A stretch of 64,000 nt of DNA from Eledone cirrhosa (GCA_964016885.1 OZ024743.1:185690001-185754000); one strand, 5' to 3'; positions 11,216 to 26,578 are shown, counted from the stretch's first letter. The notes: generated by a model from the sequence alone, not told the origin. A program made the numbers and translations.

Positions 11216-14200
11216 ATCATCATCATCATCATCATCATCACCGTTTTACGTCCGTTCTTCCACGCTAGCATGGGTTAGACGGGTTGTCCTGTTGTGGGCA
11301 GTGTCTGGTCGGCTGACCATGCCTTGCTCATACAGGAACTGATTTGGCTTGATTTCTACAGCTGGATGCCCTTCCTAACACCAACCTCATTTACAGTGAG
11401 TGCTGGGTGCTTTTTCGTGGCACCTACACGTCCACTTTACAGTGTGGGCTGGGTGCTTTTTTTGCCGTGGCACCTCCACGACCAGCTTGCGGTGGGGGGT
11501 GTGGGGGCATATTGTCTATATGCTTCAGCTTGTACCCATGGGAGGTCGGGTACTCTGTATTACTGCGTGACGCCAGAAGTCACGGTCGTGTGTCATTGCC
11601 TTTGAGAGTTGTAATTGGGTAAGGTCGGCTTTTATCAACTCATCCCAGGTCATCTTGGGTCTCCCCACTCCGCGGTTTCCATCAACTTCTAGTGCTCTGC
11701 ACCTTTTTATGCAGCTGTCATCCTTCATACGCATCACATGTCCATACCAGCGCAACCGCCTCTCCTGCACACAGCATTTGATTCCTCTTATGCTCAGTCT
11801 CTCTCTCAATTCATTTATGATTTGTCGTTCACGTATATTACTGTTACACATCCATCGGAGCATGCAGGCTTCGTTTCTCTCTAATCTACGTAAGTCTTCC
11901 ACCTTCAGCGCCCAGGTCTCACTACCATGCAACATCGCTGTTCGGATACACGCATCATACAGTCTGCCTTTCATTCTGAGGGAGAAGCCTTTTGCAGCTA
12001 GCAGTGGTAGTAGTTCCCTAAACTTCTTCCATCCCGTTCTTACCCTAGTTATTGTACTTTCTGAACACCCGCCTCCGCTGCTAATTCGGTCACCTAGGTA
12101 GCAGAAGCTGTCTACTGTTTCTACAGAGCCCTCCCAGAGATTGGTGGTTCTTGTTTCCTGTGGCTGTTTGCTGCTTGCTGTCTCAGCACAGCTGCTGCAT
12201 GTGAATCCTAGATTCTTAATTAAGCTTCCTGAGATCCCGCTACATCTCTTGTGTACCCATTGTTTGCATTTGGGGCAGAGAATGGAGTTCCTACCTACAC
12301 CTTTCCTACATACTGAGCAAGGCCATTTCCCTGAGGGGATCTGGGTTCTGTTTTCTCATCTACTTACAAGGACCTTAGTCTTTGTCATGTTGACTTTGAG
12401 ACCCTTTCTTTCTAGTCCCTGCTTCCAAGTTTGGAATTTATTCTCTAGTTCTACCATAGATTCAGCTATGAGTGCGAGGTTATCAGCATACAGGAGTTCC
12501 CATGGGCATCCGGTCTTAAACTCCTCTGTTATTGCCTGCAGGACTATGATGAACAGGAGGGGGCTAAGAACAGAGCCCTGGTGGACCCCAACCTGTACGC
12601 TAATTTCCTCGCTATACTCATTGCTAATCCTAACTTTGCTGACTGCTCCCCTATACATGGTTGTACCGCTTTCACAAGCCATTCATCTACTCCTAGTTTT
12701 CTAAGAGCCCATCAGATTACAACATGTGGAACTCTGTCAAAGGCTTTCTCAAGGTCGACAAATGCCAAGTAGAGTGGCTTACTTTTAGCTAGGTACTTTT
12801 CCTGTAATTGCCTCACAAAGAAGAGGGCATCAGTGGTGCCTCTTCCTGGTACAAACCCAAATTGCATCTTGTCTATTTTCACCTGGTCCCTAATCAGCTG
12901 TGCTATAACTCTTTCTGTTACTTTCATGACCTGGTCCATCAACTTTATACCTCTATAGTTTCCTCTATCTAGTGCATCGCCTTTACCTTTGTAGCAGTTG
13001 ACAATGATGCTACTGCACCAATCTTTTGGTATGGCATCTTCTAGTATTACCTGGTTAACGATACGTGTGGTTATAGTGTGACCTACAGACCCAGATGCCT
13101 TCAGCATCTCGACAGCTATACCCGATGGACCGGTTGCCTTCCCCATCTTCATATCTTTGATTGCTTTACTTACTACGCTGCTGCTGACTTGTACTGCTGG
13201 TCCCTCTATAGGGTCTACTTGGGGTAGGGTCTCTTCTTCCCATGCATTCTCCTCATTTAGTAATCTATCATAATGACTCTTCCATGCATCTTTCTTCTCA
13301 GCACTTGTGAGGGCAAGCTCACCTTTATCATTCCGGATACACTTCTCTCCAATGACATCACAACTATCTCTGACACACTGCCTCGCAATCTTGAATACCT
13401 CCTGTTTCTGGTCCTTACGTTGCAAAACATGCTTGAATTTTCTATCCTCTGCTTCCCTCCTAGCTAAGTATACTTGTCGCCTAGCTTCCCTCTTGGTCTC
13501 TATGTAATGTACCCTGCTCCCCCCGTTCTTCCATTTTTCCATGCCTGTCTCTTGGCCTTAACTGCTTCATCTACCTTATTGTTCCACCACCAAGTCACTC
13601 TCCTCCTGCTTGAGGTCTTACTCCAGCCACAGACCTCATCCGTCGCCTCTAGTAAATTATTTTTTAGGAACTCCCAGTTCTCTTCTACATTAAATGTCTT
13701 TATCTGTTCTTCTTTACTGTCATAGGCGTTGAGTAAAATATCTTTAAATCTGTTACTGGTTGAGGGGACTTTCAGCTTCCAGATCTTTCTTCTCCAGGTT
13801 GGCCTCTGTTTCCGGGTTCGTCTAGTTCTGACCGTGAGGTCGCTGACAACTAAGCTATGTTGGGATGTACATTCCTCACTAGGGAAGGCTTTTGTGTTTA
13901 CGACCGTCCATCTGTCACGTCCTCTGATGAGGATAAAATCTAACTGACTAGAGTGCTCCCCTGATCTATAGGTGATCAGGTGGTTGTCGGGTTTTTTAAA
14001 GTTTGTGTTACATATCGACATGTCATTGGCGTCGCAGAATTCTAGAAGTCTGAATCCTTCCTCATTCCTTGTGCCAACCCCATGGCCTCCATGTACTCTA
14101 TTGAAGCCGTCGCAGTGTTTACCTACGTGTCCGTTAAAATCTCCTGCGATGTCTAGGAAGTCATTGTCGTCTGTTAGAGCAGTAGTGTGCATTAGGGACT

Positions 14201-14935
14201 CGTAAAACCTATCCTTAAGTTCTTCTGGCAGCCCCGATTGGGGTGCGTAAGCTGATATTATTGTGGTAATTGTTTTATTCAGGACTAGTCTGAGTTTAAT
14301 GATTCTTGCATTTACCCTGTACACTGAGATTACTTTATCTACCCACTTGTCAGCTAGTAGTATACCTACACCACCCATCCCATCGTCATTTCCCACCCAG
14401 AAAAATTTGTAACACCGACTTTTTCCTACGAGGACTCTTGCAGACAGCATACATCAATTTCCTTTCGCTCTAGCATTTCTACGATTTCTCCTGCTCTTCC
14501 TTTCATTGAGCCTACATTGATGGTACCAACTCGGAGTTTTGGGCATTTGTCGACACTCGTAGGGAAGGGTCTCTGGGTTGGCGCTTCACGTGGGTGCATG
14601 GTAGCTCGCAGATTCATATTTCATCTATTGATTCAGAGTTGCTCAAATTTATTCTCAGCTCATCCATCCATAACGGTGGGAAAATTGAGGGCTAGAAGAA
14701 CAGTGGTGGTGGGATAATGGCAGGGTGTGTTGGGCTGCGACAGGGGAGGAGAGAGTTAGTTAGGTAGTAGGAGTAGTAGCAGCAGCCGTAGAAATGGCAT
14801 GCTGAGGTTTGATTGGTCGAATAGGCTATGGCGGTGTGAGGGGGTGGGAGGAAGGGAAATTGTGAGGTAGGCACTGAGGGTCGCCTTCAAGACCGCATGG
14901 TAAATCCAAAATTATACAGCAGAAAAACAGCAGCA
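11216..14935 (-). mobile_element. RTE family B, near full length, inactivated
   Basis: APE and RT split over ORFs 14426-14617, 13500-14450, 12712-13542, 12356-12682 and 11525-11974; small deletions and frameshifts, YADN instead of YADD, CGA>TGA stop at 12356; (ATC)n tail at 11216. Confidence 0.95.
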
Positions 14936-14988
14936 TAATAATAATAACGTAATAATAATAACGTATAATAACTATATATATATATATA

Positions 14989-16808
14989 TGTAAAATCTGT
15001 GTTCTTAGTTAGCTTACCTGTGATCCCACTACATCTTTTATGCACCCATACTTTGCATTTAGGACATAAAATGGAGTTTCTACCTACGCCTTTCCTACAC
15101 ACTGAGCATGGCCATTTCCCGGAAGGGACCGGCACCTTATTTTCTTTCCTACAAACTAGAACTTTAGTCTTAGCCATGTTAATTTTAAGGCCTTTTGATT
15201 CTAGGCCGTGCTTCCATGTTTGAAATTTCTTCTCTAGCTCGGCCATTGATTCAGCTATGAGCGTTAGGTCATCTGCGTATAGGAGTTCCCATGGGCAGCC
15301 TGTCTTGAACTCCTCTGTTATAGCCTGAAGAGCAATAATGAATAGTAGGGGGCTAAGAACAGAGCCCTGATGGACACCAACTTTTACGCTAAACTCTTCA
15401 CTATATTCGTTGTTAATTCTAACCTTGCTCAGTTTCTTTATACATGGCTTGTATAGCTCTCACAAGCCATTCATCAACACCTAGTTTTCTAAGGGCCCAC
15501 CAGATAATCGAGCGGGGTACTCTGTCAAAGGCTTTCTCCAAGTCAACAAAAGCTAAGTATAGGGGTTTACTTTTAGCTAGGTACTCCTCCTGTAGTTGTC
15601 GTACAATGAAAAGGGCGTCTGTTGTACTTTTACCTGACACAAACCCGAACTGCATTTCGTCTAGATCAATTCGCTCTCTGATTTGTTGCGTTATTACTTT
15701 TTCTGTGACCTTCATGACCTGGTCAATTAATTTAATGCCTCTATAGTTTCCGCTATCTAGGGCATCACCTTTACCCTTGTAACAATTAATGATGAAGCTG
15801 CTGCGCCAGTCCTTCGGAATGACCCCATTCTGTATGACTTGGTTTACTATCCGGGTGACCATAGTGTGTTCTACCGTTCCAGATGCTTTCAGCATTTCGG
15901 CAACTATTTCCGAAGGCCCGGCCGCCTTGCCCGTCTTCATGTCTTTGATCGCCTTACTTATTTTACTACCTTCAACTTGCACTGCTGGTCCCTCTATTGG
16001 GTCGATGTGGGGGAGACTGTCTTTCTCCCAATTATTCTCCTCATTTAGTAGCCTTTCGTAGTGACACTTCCAAGCTACCTTCTTATCAGCGTCAGTGATG
16101 GCAAGTACGCCATCATCTTTAAGTACACACTTCTCCCCGACAATATCACGGTTTTCCTTGACACATTACCTAGCAATCCTGAATACCTCACGTTTTTGGT
16201 CCTCGCGTTGTAGAACATGCTTGAACTTTCTTTCCTCTGCTTCCCTTCTTGCGACGTACACTTGTCTCCTAGCTTCCCTCCTGGCCACTTGATAGTCTTC
16301 TCTACTTCCCCCATCCCGCCATGCTTTCCAAGCCTGCTTTTTGGCCATGATTGACCTCTCCACCTTACTGTACCACCACCATGTTACTCTCCTCTTGCCT
16401 ATAGGCCTGCTCCAGCCACAGGTTTCATCTGTCGCCTTCAGCAGGTTAGCTTTCAGGAATTCCCACTGTTCCTCTATATTGTACGACTCTAATTGCTCTT
16501 CCTTACTATCAAAAGCATCAAGTAATATGCTTTTAAATTTATGACTGGCTGTGGGGTCCTTTAATTTCCATATTTTTCTCCTGAGGATAGTCCTCTTCTG
16601 TTGTCGAATACGTCTCGTCCTGACTATGAGGTCGCTAATTATGAGTCTATGTTGAGACGTGCATTCTTCATGGGGGATGGATCTAGTGTTTACAACAGAC
16701 ACTCTGTCACGTCTCCTGGTAAGGATATAATCTACCTGGCTTGTGTGTTCCCCCGATCTATAGGTGATCAAGTGATTGTCTCGTTTTTTGAAGTTAGTGT
16801 TACAGATA
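14989..16808 (-). mobile_element. RTE family A, middle part (3' end lost at a TA tract)
   Basis: ORFs 16166-16855, 15419-15982 and 14887-15246 are homologous to 1954-5124. Confidence 0.93.
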
Positions 16809-17895
16809 TATTTCTTTATTAGCCACAGGGGCACAAAAGAAGGGGACAAATACAAAGGGGGAAGTTTACATACAATAAAAACGTGTAAAATGTTATCACA
16901 AATGGAATTTAAAAAGTTAGTCGATTTTCCCCAATAGAGGGAGACAGTTTATATGGGTAACACATACCCCCGAAAAAAAATGTGCAACCCTCATCTCCAG
17001 GAGTACGAAGAGCTTGTACTCCTTTCCTCTCCTCCTCCTTTTCCTGAACCTACAGGCTGATATAGAGAGAAGGCCCATTCACTCGGGCCATTCTCGCCAC
17101 TTTCACCCACCTTTCATAAAACTTGCTGGGGTACAGCACCTCTCTCTCCATCCTGATTCTTCTTCCAAAGTGGTATTTGAAAAAAAGAATCAGTTGTTGA
17201 CCGGAGAGAAAGGTGTCTGACCTCAGCCCTTTCAACCTTGTCCACCATACAACCTCTTTCGCCATAGCTATCACACAAAGGAAAACCGCCTCTCCTTCGT
17301 TTTTGAAGGAGGGTGGCGGTTTCATCATCATCATCATCATCATCATCAGGTTTAGCGTCCGTGTTCCACGCTTGCATGGATTTGGATGGGGGTTTTCCCA
17401 CTTGAGGCAAGAGTGGTTGTCTTGCTCGCATAGGACTGTCTGGCGGGTTTTCTACAGTTGGATGCCCTTCCTAACACCAACCACATTTACAGTGTGGGGC
17501 TGGGAGGTTTTTACCGTGTTGCCTACACGGCCACATTACAGCGTGGACTGTCTGGCGGGTTTTCTACAGCTGGATGCCCTTCCTAGCACCAACCACATTT
17601 ACAGTGTGGGGCTGGGAGGTTTTTACCGTGTTGCCTACACGGCCACATTTACAGCGTGGACTGTGTTTTTTTTTTGTCGTGACACCTACACGATCTCATT
17701 TGTTTCGGCCTGGATGTTGTGGGTTTGATCATGACAATGGACTCGGTGGTCAACTGGATTGGTCCCACCCGCGACAATAGTCGTTCTACATAGCCCCACA
17801 GGTCAGTGACGCCCGGGCAGTTTATGAATGCGTGCGCGACGGTTTCTTTGTCTCGCACGCACCTCGGACAGATCTTTTTTGCAGGGTCCCTGCCC
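16809..17895 (-). mobile_element. 5'-truncated Tx1/L1-clade LINE inserted in RTE-A
   Basis: CPRC...ETVAHAFINCP CCHC knuckle and AKEVVWWTR C-terminal motif; 10-bp TSD gttacagata at 16799-16808 and 17896-17905. Confidence 0.8.
17323..17714 (-). mobile_element. RTE-A 3' UTR fragment with internal tandem duplication, inserted in the Tx1 copy
   Basis: (CAT)n tail; the block ggactgtctggcgggttttctacag...ccacatt occurs twice. Confidence 0.88.
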
Positions 17896-18772
17896 GTTAC
17901 AGATAGTTAGGTTATTTGCGTCACAGAATTCCAGGATTCTGGAGCCTTCCTCATTTCTAGTACCAAACCCATAGCCTCCATGGATTCCGTCATAGTCGTC
18001 ACAATGTTGTCCAACGTGACCATTTAGGTCGCCAGCAATAATTATATAGTCACTGTCGGTTATTCGGGAGGTTGTGAGCATCAGTGTCTCATAGAATCTG
18101 TCTTTTATAGTGCCGTGCAGTCCGGATTGGGGTGCATACGCAGATATTACTGTCACCGTAGTTCTATTGAGGACAAGTCTTATTTTAATTATTCTGTCGT
18201 TCACTCTATTTATGTCTATTATCTTATCTGCCCACTTTTCTGCTACCATGATTCCTACTCCACCCAGCCCATTGTCATTTCCCACCCAGAAAAGCTTATA
18301 GCATCGTTCTTTACCCACAATGAATCTAGCAGACCCATCCCTCCACCTGGTCTCTTGAATACAACAAACATCGACTTCCTTACAATCAAGCATTTCTACA
18401 ACCTCGTTAGAGCGACCCTTTAAGGTGCCTACATTCATGGTACCAACTCTGAAGTTTTGGATTGCGTTTGGAGGGTTGGAGCGGTGGGGTGCAGGGGGGG
18501 GGGGTTATGATAGCCATCCGCGGCTGAAACAAAGAGGAGGAGTCCTTGCATTCTCGTCTATGAGGTCAATTTGTCTTTATCTTTGGCATTGTCACTGAGC
18601 GTCCAGATTTTTTTTCTTTTCAACTCTCCAGAATTCCATAGTCCATCCATCATATCGAAAGGCAACCAGGTAAGCGATAGCATAGGCAGCTGACTTATGA
18701 TTGGCCCACGTAATAATGGTGGTGCGTGGGGGCGGGTGGGAATGATATTGGGTAGTTAGCGAGAAGGTTAAG
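17896..18772 (-). mobile_element. RTE family A 5' part (5' UTR + APE)
   Basis: ORF 17803-18438 is APE; it continues 16808 across the TSD. Confidence 0.92.
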
Positions 18773-18865
18773 GTTTAAATAAGATCCTCGTATTTTGGGC
18801 ATAATTTAACAAGCATAAAACAATAATACAAGATTTGTTTTGAAAAATACGCTAGAATTATCGAA

Positions 18866-20408
18866 TTATCTAAATCTGATATAGGCAAAATTAGCAAATA
18901 TATACTAGACAGAATTATCCCCCAAGTTAAGGTTAAAGTAGAAATTAAACTATGGGGTAACACTCATGAAGCAATAAGATGGTTTAATAACATTACTGAT
19001 AAGAAAAAATCAAAATTTATTCAGTTTGATATTGATGAATATTATTCCTCAATTTCACCTGATACTCTACATGAAGCTCTTTCGTTCGCTAAGGATAATT
19101 CCGACCTTACGGATGCTGAAATTAAAATTATTATGGAAGCGAGGAAAACTATAGTTAAATTCGATGATAGCTACTGGGTTCGCAAAGATAGACCTTCTAA
19201 TTTTGATATTACTATGGGTTCTAATGATTCGGCGGAAGTAACAGATCTTGTGGGAATTTATATCACCCACAGACTACAAGGAAAATTCAAGGATCTCCAC
19301 GGTGGAATCTACCGTGACGATGCGCTCCTATTAGTTAAGCATATGAATAATCAGAATTTAGAAAGGATGCGTAAAAATATCAGAAAGCTTTTTAAGGAAC
19401 TAGGATTAAATATTACATTTGAATATAACCTCAAAGAGGTTAATTTCCTTGATGTTACTTTGAATCTCAATACAGATACGATTAAACCGTTCCATAAACT
19501 AAATGAGAACCTTAAATATGTAAATACGAGTTCTAACCATCCACTCTCTATAATTAAATCCATCCCTAGAAATATCTCTCTTAGAATCTCCCGCCTGTCG
19601 TCCAACCAACAAACCTTCAAAGAACATACCGAATATTATGATGATGCACTTAGGAAAGCCGGACACCTAGATAATATAGAGTATATAGTCGAAGATCACC
19701 AAAACACCCAAAATAAATCCCATAGGAGTAGAAATAGCACAGAATCACCACCATACATACACTACCGCAATAGACACAATAATAGTCGCACACCACCAAA
19801 CAGAAGGCGATGTAAAGAGTATATCTGGTACAACCCGGTCTATAACAACTCTATTAAAACCAATCTACCCTCACAATTCTTTCGATTAGTTAAAAAACAC
19901 TTTCCAACATCACATAAATATAATAAAATCTTAAACCCTAACACTATTCGACTTTCATATTCAACCGCCCCTAATATTGAACAACATATAAAAAAGCTTA
20001 ACGCAAAACGGTTGTATAAACGCCTTCCAACACATAACAATACACGTAAAACATTAGCTATAACATCACAAAACAACAAACAACATCCTGTCCTTCATAA
20101 GCAACCTCATCAACCCATCCATGGCAATACAACAACGCAAAATTATAATTGCAACTGTGTCCAACCAGGAATGTGTCCGTTGAACAATCAGTGTCTTGAA
20201 CGCAACATCGTATACAAATGTACTATCGAATCGGATAGACAGAAGTGGTACTATGTGGGATCTACATCCACCTCCTTCAAATCACGCCTTTATAGACATC
20301 GATACTCGATAAAACATGAAAACCAGCGTTATGTAACAACACTCGCAGACAAGGCTTGGCAGCTGCGTGAAAATAACCAACAATTTCACCTAAAATGGGA
20401 TATAATAG
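18866..20408 (+). pseudogene. Truncated PLE RT + GIY-YIG endonuclease (same lineage as 36465-38552)
   Basis: SKSDIGKISK, QFDIDEYY, FDITMGS, GIYRDD, CNCxxxxxCPLxxxC, IVYKC...YVGST; broken at WDII by an inverted pseudo-LTR piece. Confidence 0.9.
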
Positions 20409-20544
20409 CAGGAGGACATGATATGAAGGCTAAAAAACACTTGTGGATAGTGCAGTTTTAAATCAACATAAGTTGATATGTTGATATGTTGATTTAAAAC
20501 TGCACTATCCACAAGTGTTTTTTAGCCTTCACATCATGTCCTCC

Positions 20545-20615
20545 TGTTTTATCTGATGAAAACACAAATATTATTGCATGATGATGTTTGTTTTTGAAAT
20601 GCGCATAATAAAATA
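20545..20615 (+). ncRNA. Type I hammerhead ribozyme, canonical core
   Basis: tgttttat CTGATGA [long stem II] GAA atgcgcat A ataaaata; palindromic stem III. Confidence 0.75.
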
Positions 20616-20931
20616 CATGGAACTCCTTTAACCATCTTTTGATCTTATATATTATGTATACTCCAGTCCTACAAACTGTAGAGTGCTTCTTATCCGATAT
20701 CTGCATTGCTTTATTGTACTACAATAAAACTCACCTCCTACATATATATATATATATATATATATATGATATGTATATATATATATATAAGTTGATAAGT
20801 TGATATGTTGATATGTATATATATATATATAAGTTGATATGTATATATATATATATAAGTTGATAAGTTGATATGTTGATTTAAAACTGCACTATCCACA
20901 AGTGTTTTTTAGCCTTCATATCATGTCCTCC

Positions 20932-21002
20932 TGTTTTATCTGATGAAAACACAAATATTATTGCATGATGATGTTTGTTTTTGAAATGCGCATAATAAAA
21001 TA
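20932..21002 (+). ncRNA. Type I hammerhead ribozyme, tandem second copy
   Basis: Same sequence as 20545-20615. Confidence 0.75.
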
Positions 21003-21188
21003 CATGGAACTCCTTTAACCATCTTTTGATCTTATATATTATGTATACTCCAGTCCTACAAACTGTAGAGTGCTTCTTATCCGATATCTGCATTGCTTTA
21101 TTGTACTACAATAAAACTCACCTCCTACATATATATAATATGTATGTATATATATATAATATGTATGTATATATATATAATATGTATG

Positions 21189-21273
<85 letters not shown>

Positions 21274-21275
<2 letters not shown>

Positions 21276-21580
21276 ATGTATATATAATGTATTTTGCAAT
21301 ACACTTTATGCTTAATTAAAAGCATTTTGAAGACCGTAAGCTATTGTTTTTTTAGAGTAGTGACAAATTCACTTACTTTGATCTCAGCAAACAGGGGAGA
21401 TAAGCCGACAAGGCCTTGTTTCACTTTTGTTGAAGCTTATCAAGGCTAACTACTCCCACCTGTTTGCTGAGATCAAAGTAAGTGAATTTGTCACTACTCT
21501 AAAAAACAATAGCTTACGGTCTTCAAAATGCTTTTAATTAAGCATAAAGTGTATTGCAAAATACATTATATATACATCCA
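21274..21580. repeat. Fold-back inverted repeat (arms about 120 bp) with a hammerhead as its loop
   Basis: ggatgtatatataatg...agcaaacagg / cctgtttgct...cattatatatacatcc. Confidence 0.92.
21395..21457 (-). ncRNA. Type I hammerhead with U3-A8 core (TTGATAA)
   Basis: Minus: gggagtagttagcc TTGATAA gctt caacaa aagt GAA acaaggccttgt C ggcttatctccc; 12-nt palindromic stem III, GUC site. Confidence 0.75.
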
Positions 21581-21608
21581 TATATATATTGCTATTTCAG
21601 AGCTCCAA

Positions 21609-21650
<42 letters not shown>

Positions 21651-21760
21651 GTATATATATATAATATGTATATATATATATATGTATATATACATATATA
21701 TATATAATATGTATATATATATATCATCATCATCATCGTTTAATGTCCATGTTCCACGCT

Positions 21761-21798
<38 letters not shown>

Positions 21799-21921
21799 GT
21801 ATATATATATAGATAATATGTATATATATATAGATAATATGTATATATATAGATAATATGTATATATATATATAATATGTATATATATATATATAATATG
21901 TATATATATATATATAATATG

Positions 21922-21955
<34 letters not shown>

Positions 21956-21974
21956 ATATGTATATATATATATA

Positions 21975-22439
21975 TAAACTCCGACCTCACACACTTACAC
22001 CTCTCCAAGACAATGTCACTGGACCGTGACCTTTGGCGGTACTCAGTAACAGAGAAGACCCGCCTTGCCAGTAGGCATCTCTAACAAAATACACCCCTCC
22101 CGCCGCCACCCCCACCCCATCCACACCACCCTGTTCTATGTAAAGTTATGTTGGTGCCGCGCCATCCAGGCCGAAACAAATGAGATCGTGTAGGTGTCAC
22201 GACAAAAAAACACACAGTCCACGCTGTAATGTGGCCGTGTAGGCAACACGGTAAAAACCTCCCAGACCCACACTGTAAATGTGGTTGGTGTTAGGAAGGG
22301 CATCCAACTGTAGAAAACCTGCCAGACAGTCCTATGCGAGCAAGACAATCACTCTTGCCTCAAGTGGGACTACCCCCGTCCAAACCCATGCAAGCGTGGA
22401 ACACGGACGTTAAACGTTGATGATGATGATGATGATGAT
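21975..22439 (+). mobile_element. RTE family A 3' end
   Basis: Matches 5027-5522 with a short deletion; (GAT)n tail. Confidence 0.92.
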
Positions 22440-22500
22440 AATATGTATATATATATATAATATGTATATATATATATAATATGTATATATATATGTATAT

Positions 22501-22889
22501 TATGCACCACCTAAGAGAACATTAGTCTACGACCTCTTTTATACCATAAACATGGTTTTGTCTTTGCGCGTAATTGTTTTTCACCGCTCCTATTGATGAC
22601 GTATTATTCGTTTTTTCCCGTTCTTTGCCAGCGAACGTTTCCACGAACCAAAGTGTCGTCTTCCTGTCTTCCTCCGGTTGCAACGTTTTTTGAAATATCC
22701 AGTTCTGCGTTTACAGATTGACTTTGTTAGTTTCAGAAGATCCCGTTAAGGGTGAAAGCAGCGATTCTTTGCTTACACTTTAATCTGTTATTTTAATAAA
22801 TATTTGCTCTACGGTTCTTATATATTTGATATATATTTTCCTTATCGAGCCCTCTTTGGATTTTAGTCTTCAATTTTATTATTATTACT
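22501..22889 (+). mobile_element. Solo pseudo-LTR-type repeat with CAGAAGA hammerhead-like motif at 22729-22779
   Basis: Same family as 10527-11212; TA on both sides. Confidence 0.82.
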
Positions 22890-22892
22890 ATG

Positions 22893-23006
<114 letters not shown>

Positions 23007-23007
23007 G

Positions 23008-23040
<33 letters not shown>

Positions 23041-23044
23041 GTAT

Positions 23045-23086
<42 letters not shown>

Positions 23087-23196
23087 GTATATATATATAT
23101 ATATTTATAATATGTATATATATATATATATAATATGTATATATATATATATAATATGTATATATATATATATATAATATGTATATATATATATAT

Positions 23197-23595
23197 ACCC
23201 AACTACACCTCTCAAAGTCAATGACACACGACCGTGACTTCTGGCGTCACGCAGTAATACAGGGTACCCGACCTCCCATGGGTACATGCTGAAGCATATA
23301 AACAATATGCCCCCCCCCCCCCCCACCGCAAGGTGGTCGTGGAGGTGCCACGGCAAAAAAGCACCCAGCCCACACTGTAAAGTGGACGTGTAGGCGCCAC
23401 GAAAAAGCACCCAGCACTCACTGTAAATGAGGTTGGTGTTAGGAAGGGCATCCAGCTGTAGAAATCAAGCCAGATCAGTTCCTGTATGAGCAAGGCATGG
23501 TCAGCCGACCAGACACTGCCCACAACAGGACAACCCGTCTAACCCATGCTAGCGTGGAAGAACGGACGTAAAACGGTGATGATGATGATGATGAT
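23197..23595 (+). mobile_element. RTE family B 3' end
   Basis: Matches 7279-7679. Confidence 0.92.
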
Positions 23596-23652
23596 ATATA
23601 TATAATATGTATATATCTATATATATATATATATATATAATATGTATATATC

Positions 23653-23733
<81 letters not shown>

Positions 23734-23742
23734 GTATATATG

Positions 23743-23776
<34 letters not shown>

Positions 23777-23943
23777 TAATATGTATATATATATATATAT
23801 ATATAATATGTATATATATATATATATATATAATATGTATATATATATATATATATAATATGTATATATATGTATATATATATATATATATATAAAATAA
23901 AGTTAAATAAAAGTCAAATGATTAAAATCTAGCTTCGTTTATT

Positions 23944-23998
23944 ACTGCTATATATATTTCAGTGACAGCCATCTTTGGCTGTGACCTCTTCAGGCAGT
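23944..23998 (-). ncRNA. Hammerhead, mirror copy
   Basis: Reverse complement of 24235-24289. Confidence 0.7.
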
Positions 23999-24234
23999 TT
24001 GAATTAGTATGGTATAGACAAGTACATATGTTGTTTAGGTGTATGATATTGTCAATACTCTGATATGCCCAGTTCCTTGTTGGGTTGTTAATTCACTGGG
24101 GAACTGGAGTCATATCAATATGACTCCAGTTCCCCAGTGAATTAACAACCCAACAAGGAACTGGGCATATCAGAGTATTGACAATATCATACACCTAAAC
24201 AACATATGTACTTGTCTATACGATACTAATTCAA

Positions 24235-24289
24235 ACTGCCTGAAGAGGTCACAGCCAAAGATGGCTGTCACTGAAATATATATAGCAGT
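24235..24289 (+). ncRNA. Type I hammerhead ribozyme
   Basis: actgc CTGAAGA ggtcacagcc aaagat ggctgtcact GAA atatatat A gcagt. Confidence 0.75.
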
Positions 24290-24445
24290 AATAAACGAAG
24301 CTAAATTTTAATCATTTGACTTTTATTTAACTTTATTTTACACTACTCCGGAGTAACCAAACCAACCTGCGCACTTCGTCGAGTGCTCCAGCCTGCATAC
24401 TGAGGTGTTGGTATACAACCAACATAAACTCAAAATCTCTCTCTC

Positions 24446-26490
<2,045 letters not shown>

Positions 26491-26578
26491 ATAAAAAATT
26501 GAACAGGGACAGAACAGAGAGGCAGTACGACAAATGTTTATTAGCTTCACGCTCAGGAGAGTGGGGGGTAGGTGGGGG

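Larger units (their letters stand above)
20409..21130 (+). mobile_element. Tandem pseudo-LTR units (period 387 bp) with a short inverted 5' arm
   Basis: About 20485-20742 is repeated at about 20872-21129; 20409-20460 is the reverse complement of the unit start. Confidence 0.88.
23893..24438. mobile_element. Fold-back hammerhead mini-element (arms about 220 bp, 4-nt loop at about 24115-24118, unpaired 3' tip 24341-24438)
   Basis: ...ctggagtcata tcaa tatgactccag...; few mismatches between arms. Confidence 0.9.

Noticed and set aside
14860-14935. HDV-like ribozyme at RTE 5' ends
   Set aside because: Known for some RTEs, but I could not build the nested double pseudoknot by eye
20485-21130. CRISPR-like or prokaryotic repeat array
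   Set aside because: Eukaryotic context with no repeat-spacer periodicity or cas genes
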